Source of the DNA: Candidatus Kapaibacterium sp.
GTDB taxonomy: Bacteria > Bacteroidota > Ignavibacteria > Kapaibacteriales > UBA4661
Assembly: GCA_025358765.1 (NCBI GenBank)
Contig: JANYIG010000256.1
Span: 1 to 18,457 of the forward strand
Direction of reading: 5' to 3'
DNA length: 18,457 nt
Shown here: piece by piece, positions 1 through 8,206 of the stretch
Position numbering within the stretch: position 1 is the first letter of the stretch
Layout: each line of letters begins with the position of its first letter
The notes under the pieces: generated by a model
Database searches by the model: none
Seen by the model: the letters and a program-made list of their open reading frames with translations, nothing else
What the model was told of the DNA's origin: nothing
Program-made: the position numbers and the translations under genes

Positions 1-912
1 GCAAACTCGAATACGGGTATTGAAACGGGGGATACGGCACTCTCCATGCGTCGCGCACAAGCTGTGGCGCAGTATCTCACAAAGATTTGGGGTATTAACA
101 CTAAACGTCTTACGCTAAAAGCGCAGAATCTGCCGGATCGCCGTGCCCGCATTGATACGCCCGATGGCATGGAAGAAAATCGTCGTGTAGAGCTTATCGC
201 TACACCTGTCACGCTCCTTGCGCCGCTTGTTGATGATGATGTATCTCGCGAAGTCACACCGCCTACGCTCGAAATTACGCCGAGCATAGCCACAGGTGCG
301 GGGTTGAACTGGTGGTACATGTTTATTAAGCAAAGGGGAAATGTTTTGAAGCAATATAGCGGCTCCGAAATGCCAAAGCCACAGCTTTTTAATATGGGTG
401 CCAATCTGGTACGCGAAGAGGAAATTCCGCTCGTCATCACGCTCCAAGCCGCTGATGCTGCCGGAAAACAGGGTAATGTGAGTAAACAAGTGACTGTCAA
501 ACAAATCACGCTCAAGAAAAAACGCATCGAACTTGTGGACGACAAACGCATTGACCGTTTTTCGTTCATTATGTTCGACTACGATAAATCTATCGTAGAT
601 GCCGAAAACACAAAAAATTTGCTTGAAGAAGTAAAGAAAAAAATCGAACCAACTTCAACCGTCACTATCGCTGGATATGGCGACCGAAGCGGTTCACGCG
701 ACTATAACCGCGAACTTGCCGCACGGCGCAGCGCGGAAGTACAAAAACTTTTGCAAGTACCCGAAAACCAGCTTGTTATCAAGCCTGTAGGCAACGCACG
801 CCTGTTGCAAGACAACAATTTACCCGAAGGACGTGCGTATTCGCGTATTGTGCAAATCATCATCGAAACGCCTATCAAAGCTGGTACGCCGCCCAAAAAA
901 CGAAAAAAATAA
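1..912 (+). CDS. Tandem OmpA-like (peptidoglycan-associating) domain protein, 5'-partial
   Basis: Frame 1 is open from base 1, so the gene begins upstream of the window. Residues 1-65 read ...TGDTALSMRRAQAVAQYL...NRRVELIA, which is the C-terminal half of an OmpA_C-like fold (LS-RRA-AV-YL and NRRVE motifs). A second complete OmpA-like domain follows: FDYDKSIVD...TIAGYGDRSGSRDYNRELAARRSAEVQKLL...GRAYSRIVQ. Stop TAA at 910-912. Confidence 0.7.
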   Translation, partial: ANSNTGIETGDTALSMRRAQAVAQYLTKIWGINTKRLTLKAQNLPDRRARIDTPDGMEENRRVELIATPVTLLAPLVDDDVSREVTPPTLEITPSIATGAGLNWWYMFIKQRGNVLKQYSGSEMPKPQLFNMGANLVREEEIPLVITLQAADAAGKQGNVSKQVTVKQITLKKKRIELVDDKRIDRFSFIMFDYDKSIVDAENTKNLLEEVKKKIEPTSTVTIAGYGDRSGSRDYNRELAARRSAEVQKLLQVPENQLVIKPVGNARLLQDNNLPEGRAYSRIVQIIIETPIKAGTPPKKRKK

Positions 913-954
913 TCCATAACCCTGACGCAATACAAATTTGCCTAAAATTTTTGG

Positions 955-1060
955 GCGCAGAGCCACAGAGAGCGCAGAGAACTTGGATTTTTATGGATAT
1001 GCCAGAGCAGCGCACGAGTTCAAACGTTTCTTAATCTCTGCGTTCTCATATCCTCTGCGC
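955..1060. repeat. Mirror-symmetric array of four GCGCAGAG octamers in the ompA-like/hisC intergenic region
   Basis: GCGCAGAG occurs at 955-962 and 972-979. Its reverse complement CTCTGCG(T/C) occurs at 1036-1043 and 1053-1060. Both direct pairs are spaced exactly 17 bp start-to-start, with a 56-bp centre. The array ends 75 bp upstream of the hisC ATG. It could fold as a long two-helix RNA hairpin or act as a paired operator. Confidence 0.6.
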
Positions 1061-1134
1061 TCAAGATAAACACAATGTCAGATAACTTCTACTTCAGGCA
1101 CAGTTGCTTGTAAGCTATCCTTAAAACCAATTGC

Positions 1135-2211
1135 ATGAATACATTCACGTTAGAAAATCTTCTTCGACCAAACATCCGTGCTGCAAAGCCTTACTCATCG
1201 GCTCGTTCTGAGTTTACCGGTACGGCAGATGTATTTTTGGATGCAAATGAAAATGCGTTCGGTTCACCCTCGCAGACATCAACGAATGGCGCGTATAATC
1301 GGTATCCCGACCCGCTCCAAAAAACCTTAAAAGCTCGTCTTGCAGAAATCAAACACGTTGCTCCAGAACAGATATTCATCGGCAACGGTAGCGATGAAGT
1401 GATAGACCTGTTGATACGTGCCTTCTGCGAACCTGCTCAGGACGAACTCATCATTACGCCACCCACATATGGGATGTACGAAGTTTCGGCAGAGATTCAA
1501 AATGCTCGTGTCGTGCGTGTGCCTCTTTTGCGTGAAGGGCTGACGTACAGCATAGACGTAGAGCGCCTTCTGGCGGCTATAACGGAACGCACAAAAATAA
1601 TATTTTTATGCTCGCCCGGCAACCCGACGGGAAATTCCCTTAGCGCCGATGCTCTACGTCAGATTATACAGGGCTTTCATGGTATTGTGGTATTGGACGA
1701 AGCCTATATTGATTTTGCGCCGGAAACGTCCTTTGTGGCAGAACTTGGCGATCATCCGAATCTCGTTATTATGCAAACACTCTCGAAAGCATGGGGGTTG
1801 GCGGGTTTGAGGCTTGGAATGGCATTTGCGTCGCAAGAAATCATAACCGTGCTGAATAAGATAAAACCACCGTATAATATCAACTCCGTCACCCAGCAAT
1901 TGGTCCTCAAAGCACTTGAAAACACCGTGTGGAAAGAGCGCGTCGTCCGCGAAACCTTGGAGGAACGTCGCCGATTGGAGGTGGAATTACCGAAATTCAG
2001 CGTTGTGGAAGCATTATATCCATCGGATGCAAATTTTTTACTTGTGCGTGTCACCAAACCCCGTGAAATCTACGAAGCACTTGTTCGTCAAGGAATTATC
2101 GTGCGTGACCGTTCGTCTGTGACGCTCTGCGAGGGTTGTTTACGTATTACCGTTGGTACACACGACGAAAATACGCGACTTTTGGCAATTTTGAACACTT
2201 TACCAATTTAA
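1135..2211 (+). CDS. hisC: Histidinol-phosphate aminotransferase (HisC-family class II PLP-dependent aminotransferase)
   Basis: 358 aa. N-terminal LDANEN...NRYPDP motif and overall length/composition are typical of HisC. Starts at ATG 1135 with no Shine-Dalgarno. Stop TAA at 2209-2211. Confidence 0.8.
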   Translation: MNTFTLENLLRPNIRAAKPYSSARSEFTGTADVFLDANENAFGSPSQTSTNGAYNRYPDPLQKTLKARLAEIKHVAPEQIFIGNGSDEVIDLLIRAFCEPAQDELIITPPTYGMYEVSAEIQNARVVRVPLLREGLTYSIDVERLLAAITERTKIIFLCSPGNPTGNSLSADALRQIIQGFHGIVVLDEAYIDFAPETSFVAELGDHPNLVIMQTLSKAWGLAGLRLGMAFASQEIITVLNKIKPPYNINSVTQQLVLKALENTVWKERVVRETLEERRRLEVELPKFSVVEALYPSDANFLLVRVTKPREIYEALVRQGIIVRDRSSVTLCEGCLRITVGTHDENTRLLAILNTLPI

Positions 2212-2223
2212 TATCAAAAATCT

Positions 2224-3201
2224 ATGGAATACAAACGTCTCGGAAAACACGGCATACAAGTCAGTACGCTTTCGCTTGGTTCATGGCTCACATTCGGCGG
2301 GCAAATCAGCAACGATGTTGCTGAAGGGTTGATGAAGACTGCTTACGATGTAGGTGTAAATTTTTTCGACAATGCAGAGGCGTATGCACATGGGCGTTCG
2401 GAGATTGTGATGGGTGACATTCTCAAAAAAATGCAGTGGGACAGAAGCACCTATGTGATTTCTAGCAAAGTGTATTGGGGTGGCGACAAACCGAACCAGC
2501 TTGGGTTATCGCGCAAACACGTGGTGGAAGCCTGCAATGCAGCATTAAAGCGCTTGCAAATGGAATATTTAGATTTGTTTTTTTGTCATCGACCCGATAA
2601 ACACACCCCTATTGAGGAAACCGTTTGGGCGATGAATATCCTCATCCAACAAGGCAAAATTTTGTATTGGGGAACGTCGGAATGGAGCGCTCAAGAAATT
2701 ATGGAGGCATATTCGGTTGCGCGGCAGTACAACTTGATTCCGCCCGCTATGGAACAGCCACAGTACAACATGTTTCACCGTCAGCGTTTTGAGGTCGAGT
2801 ACGCACAATTATACAAAACCATAGGCATGGGAACCACGGTTTGGTCGCCGCTTGCATCGGGCTTGATTTCGGACAAATACATTAGCGACCTGAACGCATC
2901 GTCACGTCTCAATCGTCCGGGTTTGGAATGGCTGAAAGAAACCGTTCTGCAAAACAACGCTATCGAAAAGGTTCTCGCATTAAAGCCGATTGCGGCTGAT
3001 CTCGGCATGACACTCCCGCAACTTGGTATTGCGTGGTGTGCGACTAATCCCAACGTAAGCACTGTGATTTTGGGCGCAACCCGCGTGGAGCAACTCGAAG
3101 AAACTTTAAAATCATTAGAATCTTTGCCAAAAATCACGCCGGATGTGCTGCAAGCTATTGAAAACGTGCTGCAAAACAAGCCGGAGCAACCGGAATATTA
3201 A
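2224..3201 (+). CDS. Aldo/keto reductase, Kv-beta-subunit-like (AKR) family oxidoreductase
   Basis: 325 aa. MEYKRLGKHGIQVSTLSLGSWLTFGG...DNAEAYAHGRSEIVMG is the AKR signature (catalytic D/Y/K/H framework, YNMFHR region). Lies 12 bp downstream of hisC, so it is probably co-transcribed. Confidence 0.8.
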   Translation: MEYKRLGKHGIQVSTLSLGSWLTFGGQISNDVAEGLMKTAYDVGVNFFDNAEAYAHGRSEIVMGDILKKMQWDRSTYVISSKVYWGGDKPNQLGLSRKHVVEACNAALKRLQMEYLDLFFCHRPDKHTPIEETVWAMNILIQQGKILYWGTSEWSAQEIMEAYSVARQYNLIPPAMEQPQYNMFHRQRFEVEYAQLYKTIGMGTTVWSPLASGLISDKYISDLNASSRLNRPGLEWLKETVLQNNAIEKVLALKPIAADLGMTLPQLGIAWCATNPNVSTVILGATRVEQLEETLKSLESLPKITPDVLQAIENVLQNKPEQPEY

Positions 3202-3243
3202 GGCTGTCGGAGGTTTAATTTTCAGACAATTCTTAAAACTCAA

Positions 3244-3298
3244 AAACATGCCTGTCGCACAGCATCATTGCTTGCACGACAGGCATGTTTATTTTTAA
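3244..3298. terminator. Bidirectional rho-independent terminator between convergent AKR (+) and fadD (-) genes
   Basis: Perfect 14-bp stem AAACATGCCTGTCG (3244-3257) pairs with CGACAGGCATGTTT (3277-3290) around a 19-nt loop. It is followed by ATTTTTAA on the + strand and preceded by AAAAA, which gives a U-run for the minus-strand transcript. Confidence 0.7.
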
Positions 3299-3315
3299 TC
3301 ATTCTGAACGCCGTA

Positions 3316-5061
3316 TTAGTTTGATATTGCAGCTGCTTTTGCTTGTTCTTCTTCCACCAACACACGGCGCAAAATTTTGCCAATCATTGTTTTTGGGAGT
3401 TCCGAACGGAATTCTATTTTCTTTGGCACTTTGTAATGCGCCATCCGTTCGCGGCAGAACTTTACAACGTCATCTTCCGTAGCGGTTTGCCCTTCGCGCA
3501 AAATGATATACGCCTTTACGATTTCACCCATAAATTTGTCTTTGATACCCACCACAACTGCCTCTTGCACGGCAGGATGTTCGTAGAGAACTTCCTCGAC
3601 TTCGCGCGGGAACACATTGAAGCCGCCTACAAGAATGAGGTCTTTTTTGCGGTCAACAATATAGAAATATCCGTCTTCGTCCATCCGCGCCATATCACCC
3701 GTGAAGAACCATACGTTCCCGTCAGATGCCGTTTTAAGTGACTTTGCGGTTTCGTCCTCACGATTCCAATAACCGCTCATCACCTGCGGACCACGTGCAC
3801 AAATTTCACCAACTTCGCCCGTTGGCAAGATATTGCCGTCTTCGTCCATTACCGCAAGGTCGGTGTCGGGCAAGGGAATGCCAATGCTTCCTGTGCGATT
3901 TTCGCCGCCAAGCGGATTGCCCGTAAGAACGGGAGATGTTTCAGACAATCCATACCCTTCAATGAGAATGCCACCTGTGAGGCGTTCAAATTCTTGCTTC
4001 ACCTCAAGCGGTAGCGGTGCTCCACCTGAAAAACATGCTTTGATGCTTCGTAAATTGTACTTTGCAATATCGGGGAAATTATTGATAGCAACATACATCG
4101 TTGGAACACCCGGAAAAAAGCCAATTTTATACTTTTCTAATGCCTTCACCGTATCAGCAGTATTGAATTTCGGGAATACAACAATCGTGGAAGCGGTTTT
4201 AATGGCAATATTCATCACGACCGAAAGCCCGAAGCTATGGAAAAACGGTAATGCGCCGCCAAATATTTCTTTCCCTTCAGCGACAGCCTGTGCCGAAAGC
4301 CACGAATTCATCTGGACTGAATTTGCCACAAGGTTGTGATTCGTGAGCATCGCCGCTTTCGGAAAACCCGTGGTGCCGCCTGTGTAAAGCAGCATTGCTA
4401 AATCTTCTTTCGGATTTTGCTCCACGCGCGACGGTGGTTGAGAATGTTTGCCCAACACTTTTTTGAAGGAAAAGAGGTCTGGCGCGGGTTTAACATTCAC
4501 CCAGACACCTTCTTTACGGGCTTTAAGCGGAAAGAGAAGATTTTTAGGGAATGGCAAATAATCTTGAATGCCTGTGACAATAGTACGTCTGATGTTTGTA
4601 TTAGCCGCGATTTCGCGGAACACAGGGTATTTCAAATCCAGAATGAGCAGGGTTTCTGCGCCGGAATCTTTGAGTACAAACTCAAGTTCGCGTGATGTGT
4701 AAATCGGGTTTACGGCAATAATCGTAGCGCCAGCGAGGTTTGCTCCGTAGAATGCAATCAGGAATTGCGGGCAGTTTGGCAGCATAATAGCCACACGGTC
4801 GCCTTTTTTAACGCCCATCATCTGGAGTGCTGTCGCAAACTGCTGAACAGACTGCCAAAGCTCGCCGTAGGTCAGCTTTGCGCCCAGAAATATCGTCGCC
4901 GTATTGTCAGGGTACGTATCAGCTGAACGTTTTAGCATTTCCCACAACATTGTAGGAGGATATTCAAGCGTGTCCGATACACCATTGACGTAATGCCGCG
5001 TCCACGGGCGGTTTGGGTTCGTAATAGTGGCTTTTACCGTCTCTTGGGTTTCAGTTGGCAT
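3316..5061 (-). CDS. fadD: Long-chain-fatty-acid--CoA ligase (AMP-binding ANL superfamily, FadD-like)
   Basis: AMP-binding motif YTGGTTGFPKAAMLTNHN, the EGYGLSET motif, and C-terminal GEIVKAYIIL...KKIEFRSELPKTMIGKILRR. The tracked ORF begins at 5298, but the 79-aa extension is non-homologous. An internal ATG at 5061 (MPTETQ...) is preceded by a perfect GGAGGAGG, so start is set at 5061 (582 aa). Confidence 0.8.
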   Translation of the reverse strand: MPTETQETVKATITNPNRPWTRHYVNGVSDTLEYPPTMLWEMLKRSADTYPDNTATIFLGAKLTYGELWQSVQQFATALQMMGVKKGDRVAIMLPNCPQFLIAFYGANLAGATIIAVNPIYTSRELEFVLKDSGAETLLILDLKYPVFREIAANTNIRRTIVTGIQDYLPFPKNLLFPLKARKEGVWVNVKPAPDLFSFKKVLGKHSQPPSRVEQNPKEDLAMLLYTGGTTGFPKAAMLTNHNLVANSVQMNSWLSAQAVAEGKEIFGGALPFFHSFGLSVVMNIAIKTASTIVVFPKFNTADTVKALEKYKIGFFPGVPTMYVAINNFPDIAKYNLRSIKACFSGGAPLPLEVKQEFERLTGGILIEGYGLSETSPVLTGNPLGGENRTGSIGIPLPDTDLAVMDEDGNILPTGEVGEICARGPQVMSGYWNREDETAKSLKTASDGNVWFFTGDMARMDEDGYFYIVDRKKDLILVGGFNVFPREVEEVLYEHPAVQEAVVVGIKDKFMGEIVKAYIILREGQTATEDDVVKFCRERMAHYKVPKKIEFRSELPKTMIGKILRRVLVEEEQAKAAAISN

Positions 5062-5065
5062 GGTT

Positions 5066-5073
5066 CCTCCTCC
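5066..5073 (-). promoter_or_regulatory. Shine-Dalgarno GGAGGAGG for fadD
   Basis: The + strand shows CCTCCTCC at 5066-5073. On the minus strand this reads GGAGGAGG, 4 nt upstream of the ATG at 5061. Confidence 0.6.
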
Positions 5074-5383
5074 GGTTGGGTTGAGATGTTTGGAAATAGA
5101 ATGGTCGGTACGATTTTGGGCATTTGAGAGAACTCCACAACTAAATAGACTGTCCAACGAAGAGAGCCCCATGGAAGGGGGTTGCGAAGCGCTATGTTTT
5201 GTACGCTGTGAAGCTGCGACAGGGGTAAAATACATTACGCCATCGTGAATGTCAATAGAAATTTCCCATAAATAAAAAATGACAAGGTAAAGAACCAATT
5301 GACATCTTCCGATGAGAGAAATTCAAGATTTGGCGCGTCGCAGGTGATAACGCTTGCAGATGTGGCTGCCCTGATGCTCGGCG

Positions 5384-6805
5384 TTATGTTAACGCCTTCT
5401 CCAGATGGTGTGCGTATTGCATCAAGTGCATTTCGTCGAAGTGGTTTGCCTGTAATTGTATTCCTATGGGAAGACCATTGGATGCTGTTCCTGCGGGAAT
5501 GCTGATACCCGGAACGCCGCCTAAGTTTGCCGATACGGTGAAGATGTCACCCAAATACATTGCGAGCGGGTCAGAGGATTTTTCGCCAATTTTGAACGGT
5601 GGCGTGGGATACGACGGCAACGCGAACAAATCTGCTGTTTTGAACATTTGTTTGTAATCGTTGTAAATCAAGCGCCGTACTTTTAATGCCTTCGTGTAAT
5701 ACGCATCATAATAGCCGGACGACAAAACGTAGGTTCCAAGCATGATGCGGCGTTTAACTTCTGCACCAAAACCCTGCGAACGAGTTTTGATGACCATATC
5801 ATCCTCGTCATTTGTTACATCCGCCCGGAAGCCGTAGCGAACACCGTCGTACCGCGATAGGTTTGATGAGGCTTCGGCGGTGGCGATGATGTAATACGTA
5901 GGAATCAGCGCTCCAATATATTTCATTTCATGCGTGACAATCTCTGCGCCCATGCCGCGCAGCGTCCCTAACACTTTGCGGTATGCCAGCAACACGTCAT
6001 CGTCACAACCTCTAAGCTGTTCATCGGGGAGTACCGCAACCGTAAACGTTGCGGGTAGCGGAGCATTGAGTTGCGATGTTGTGTTGAGCGGCGTAAAAGG
6101 GCAACTTGTTGCATCGCGTTCGTCGTTGCCATTAATAGTATCAAAAAGCAAGGCTGCATCTGCCACTGTTGGGGCGAGCGGTCCAATCTGGTCGAGTGAC
6201 GAACCGTAGGCAACCAAGCCGTAACGCGATACACGTCCATATGTCGGTTTTAAACCCACCGCCCCACAAAATGAAGCTGGAAGCCGTACCGAGCCGCCAG
6301 TGTCCGAACCAAGCGCAGCATGGCAAAGTTCTGCCGCGACGCTTGCTGCGGCACCGCCCGATGATCCACCCGGCACATACTCCGGATTAACAGGGTTTTT
6401 GACCGCTCCATATGCAGAGTTTTCATTCGATGAACCCATGGCAAACTCATCCATGTTTGCTTTGCCAATGATGATTGCGCCCGCATTTTTCAGACGTTCC
6501 ACCACCGTTGCATCGTAGATGGGAACATATGTTTCGAGGATTTTGCTGCCACACGACGTGCGGATACCTTTGGTGTTGATATTGTCCTTTAAGGCAATAA
6601 CCATACCTTCAAGCGGGCGCGGATTTCCAGCGGAGAAGCGTGCGTCGGCTTCAGCAGCTTGAGCGCGAGCGCCAGCGGCGTTGACGGAGAGAAGGCAGTT
6701 CAGGTCTTGTTTGGCTGCAATAGTTGCAAGGAAGGTTTCAACAGCTTCGGCACACGTTGTTTTTTTTGCTTCAAGGTCGTTGCGAAACGAGATATATGAT
6801 TTCAT
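5384..6805 (-). CDS. gatA: Glutamyl-tRNA(Gln) amidotransferase subunit A (amidase signature family)
   Basis: 473 aa. Amidase signature GGSSGGAAASVAA plus the Ser-cisSer-Lys context. N-terminus and length are typical of GatA. Its ATG (6805-6803) overlaps the tatB stop in an ATGA arrangement. Confidence 0.85.
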   Translation of the reverse strand: MKSYISFRNDLEAKKTTCAEAVETFLATIAAKQDLNCLLSVNAAGARAQAAEADARFSAGNPRPLEGMVIALKDNINTKGIRTSCGSKILETYVPIYDATVVERLKNAGAIIIGKANMDEFAMGSSNENSAYGAVKNPVNPEYVPGGSSGGAAASVAAELCHAALGSDTGGSVRLPASFCGAVGLKPTYGRVSRYGLVAYGSSLDQIGPLAPTVADAALLFDTINGNDERDATSCPFTPLNTTSQLNAPLPATFTVAVLPDEQLRGCDDDVLLAYRKVLGTLRGMGAEIVTHEMKYIGALIPTYYIIATAEASSNLSRYDGVRYGFRADVTNDEDDMVIKTRSQGFGAEVKRRIMLGTYVLSSGYYDAYYTKALKVRRLIYNDYKQMFKTADLFALPSYPTPPFKIGEKSSDPLAMYLGDIFTVSANLGGVPGISIPAGTASNGLPIGIQLQANHFDEMHLMQYAHHLEKALT

Positions 6806-7269
6806 GCAGGATTCTTCGATGATGGAATGTCGTTGTTATCGTTCTGAGTAGCAGCCGCATTGCGGGCAATAGCGCCTTCTGCGGGCTGAATACGGATGGG
6901 GGTAAGGTGTTGGACTTCGGGCAGCGCCTCTGACTGCACGATATTCATGCTATCAATCGCGCTGGCACTTGCATCTGTGTATTCCCCAAGCGGCATCACG
7001 CCATCGTTTACAGGCTTATCTTCTCGCGCTGACGGCAGGTCGTCGCCCTCTTCCAACAGAGAACGCACCTGCTGAACAGGTTCATTCACGGTTGATTCAA
7101 TTTCTTCTTGCAGTGAGTTCAAATTACGCTGGAACTCCGTCTGAGCCTTGCGAAGTTGCGCCATGCCCTTGCCGAATGATTTCGCCAACTCTGGTAATTT
7201 TTTCGGTCCGAACAGCAGAACAATTGCCAGTAAAATGAAAAGCAGTTCACCGCCGCCAACGTCAAACAT
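6802..7269 (-). CDS. tatB: Twin-arginine translocase subunit TatB-like (TatA/B/E family, long form)
   Basis: 155 aa. MFDVGGGELLFILLAIVLLFGPKKLPELAKSFGKGMAQLRKA... matches the TatB N-terminus (MFDIGFSELL...GP..LP), followed by an amphipathic helix and a long acidic tail. Confidence 0.75.
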   Translation of the reverse strand: MFDVGGGELLFILLAIVLLFGPKKLPELAKSFGKGMAQLRKAQTEFQRNLNSLQEEIESTVNEPVQQVRSLLEEGDDLPSAREDKPVNDGVMPLGEYTDASASAIDSMNIVQSEALPEVQHLTPIRIQPAEGAIARNAAATQNDNNDIPSSKNPA

Positions 7270-7348
7270 AGTTTTTCAATTGACAATGAATAATGGGCAA
7301 TGATTGATAATGCCTTTGGTGTGACGCATTATGAGAATTGGAATCGGC

Positions 7349-7522
7349 TTATTTTTTGACTTCTGCTTTTTCATCTTCGTCGGCAGGCAGTGTTGAAGCT
7401 TTTTTAAATTCTTTCACGCCAGAGCCAAGCCCTTTCATCAGCTCAGGGATTTTTTTTGCACCAAAAAGCAGCACAAGAACAAGCGCGATAACGATAATTT
7501 CGGGTGTTCCGAGACCAAACAT
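7349..7522 (-). CDS. tatA: Twin-arginine translocase subunit TatA
   Basis: The tracked ORF starts at 7609 with an implausible 29-aa extension. An internal ATG at 7522 gives a classic 58-aa TatA: [42 protein letters not shown]... It has no clear Shine-Dalgarno. Confidence 0.75.
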   Translation of the reverse strand: MFGLGTPEIIVIALVLVLLFGAKKIPELMKGLGSGVKEFKKASTLPADEDEKAEVKK

Positions 7523-7642
7523 GACGGTACTTTCAAAAGGTGATGAAATTGTAAAACGAGAATGGAATACGATGGCAAAGAGAGTGTACTCAAGCATTCT
7601 CTTTTGCAAAATACAAAATTTCAGGCACGTGCGAATGCTGTT

Positions 7643-8161
7643 TTATGAAGCTGGTTCGTAGTACTGATGGTTTCGCAGATATTCCAAGCGGTCTTGAAGT
7701 TGTGCAATCGGCACGAGTAACTTTTCTTTGCCCAAAATCGCATCTTCGCGGTTTTCGTAGATCATTTCTACGTCACGGCTCATCACAATGGCTTCTTCGG
7801 GGCAGGCTTCCTCGCAAAATCCGCAGAAAATGCAGCGCAGCATATTGATTTCAAACTTCACCGGATAGCGTTCTTTCTCGCGGGTAGTGGTCTCAGCAGC
7901 TTGTACTTCAATAGCAAGTGCCGGGCATACCCGTGAACACAGCCCGCATGCTACGCAGCGTTCGCCGGATTCCTCCAGCACAAGTACGGGTCGCCCGCGA
8001 TACGAGCCTTGAGGAACAAAGCGCTCTTCGGGGTACGAGCGCGTCATTTTCGGCTCAAATATATGCTTAAACGTCAGCGCCATACCCTTGGCAATTTCAG
8101 GAAGGTAAATTTTTTCCCAAAATGTCATCCGTTGTGACTCGGTGTTGTGTTTGATGTTCAT
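7643..8161 (-). CDS. nuoI: NADH-quinone oxidoreductase subunit I (2x[4Fe-4S] ferredoxin-type)
   Basis: 172 aa. Two CxxCxxCxxxCP clusters: CVACGLCSRVCP and CIFCGFCEEACP. Full-length NuoI-like architecture. Confidence 0.9.
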   Translation of the reverse strand: MNIKHNTESQRMTFWEKIYLPEIAKGMALTFKHIFEPKMTRSYPEERFVPQGSYRGRPVLVLEESGERCVACGLCSRVCPALAIEVQAAETTTREKERYPVKFEINMLRCIFCGFCEEACPEEAIVMSRDVEMIYENREDAILGKEKLLVPIAQLQDRLEYLRNHQYYEPAS

Positions 8162-8206
8162 AATAATTGAAAAGTCAGGTTTAAAGTCAGAGTAACATTC
8201 AAGAGA

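Noticed and set aside
115-935. Minus-strand ORFs 115-504 and 702-935 within the OmpA-like gene. Similar antisense or embedded ORFs occur in hisC (1191-1385, 1654-1899, 1752-2057, 1916-2122), AKR (2569-2808, 2781-3179), fadD (3343-3741, 3833-4339, 4417-4695 etc.), gatA (5934-6518 set), nuoH (8334-8752), flotillin (9523-10083, 10100-10318) and nuoG (12298-13628 set).
   Set aside because: Each overlaps a confidently assigned homologous gene on the other strand or in another frame, and none shows domain-like sequence. They are treated as spurious.
1010-1035. tRNA-like T-loop resemblance (GAGTTCAAACG) in the hisC upstream spacer.
   Set aside because: No complementary acceptor stem, D-arm or anticodon arm could be built around it. 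It sits inside the GCGCAGAG repeat array instead.
2224-3201. Possibility that the AKR is a potassium-channel accessory subunit in a channel operon.
   Set aside because: No channel gene is adjacent. It is flanked by hisC and a terminator, so it is annotated only as a Kv-beta-like AKR-family oxidoreductase.
5062-5298. N-terminal 79-aa extension of the fadD ORF (track start 5298).
   Set aside because: The extension (MVLYLVIFYLWEISIDIH...) has no similarity to acyl-CoA synthetase N-termini. The internal ATG at 5061 has a perfect GGAGGAGG and yields a normal-length FadD.
5027-5505. + strand ORFs 5027-5248 (73 aa) and 5299-5505 (68 aa) in the fadD leader / gatA 3' end.
   Set aside because: There is no RBS and no recognisable motifs. 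The second overlaps the gatA C-terminus in antisense. The region is better explained as the fadD promoter/leader.
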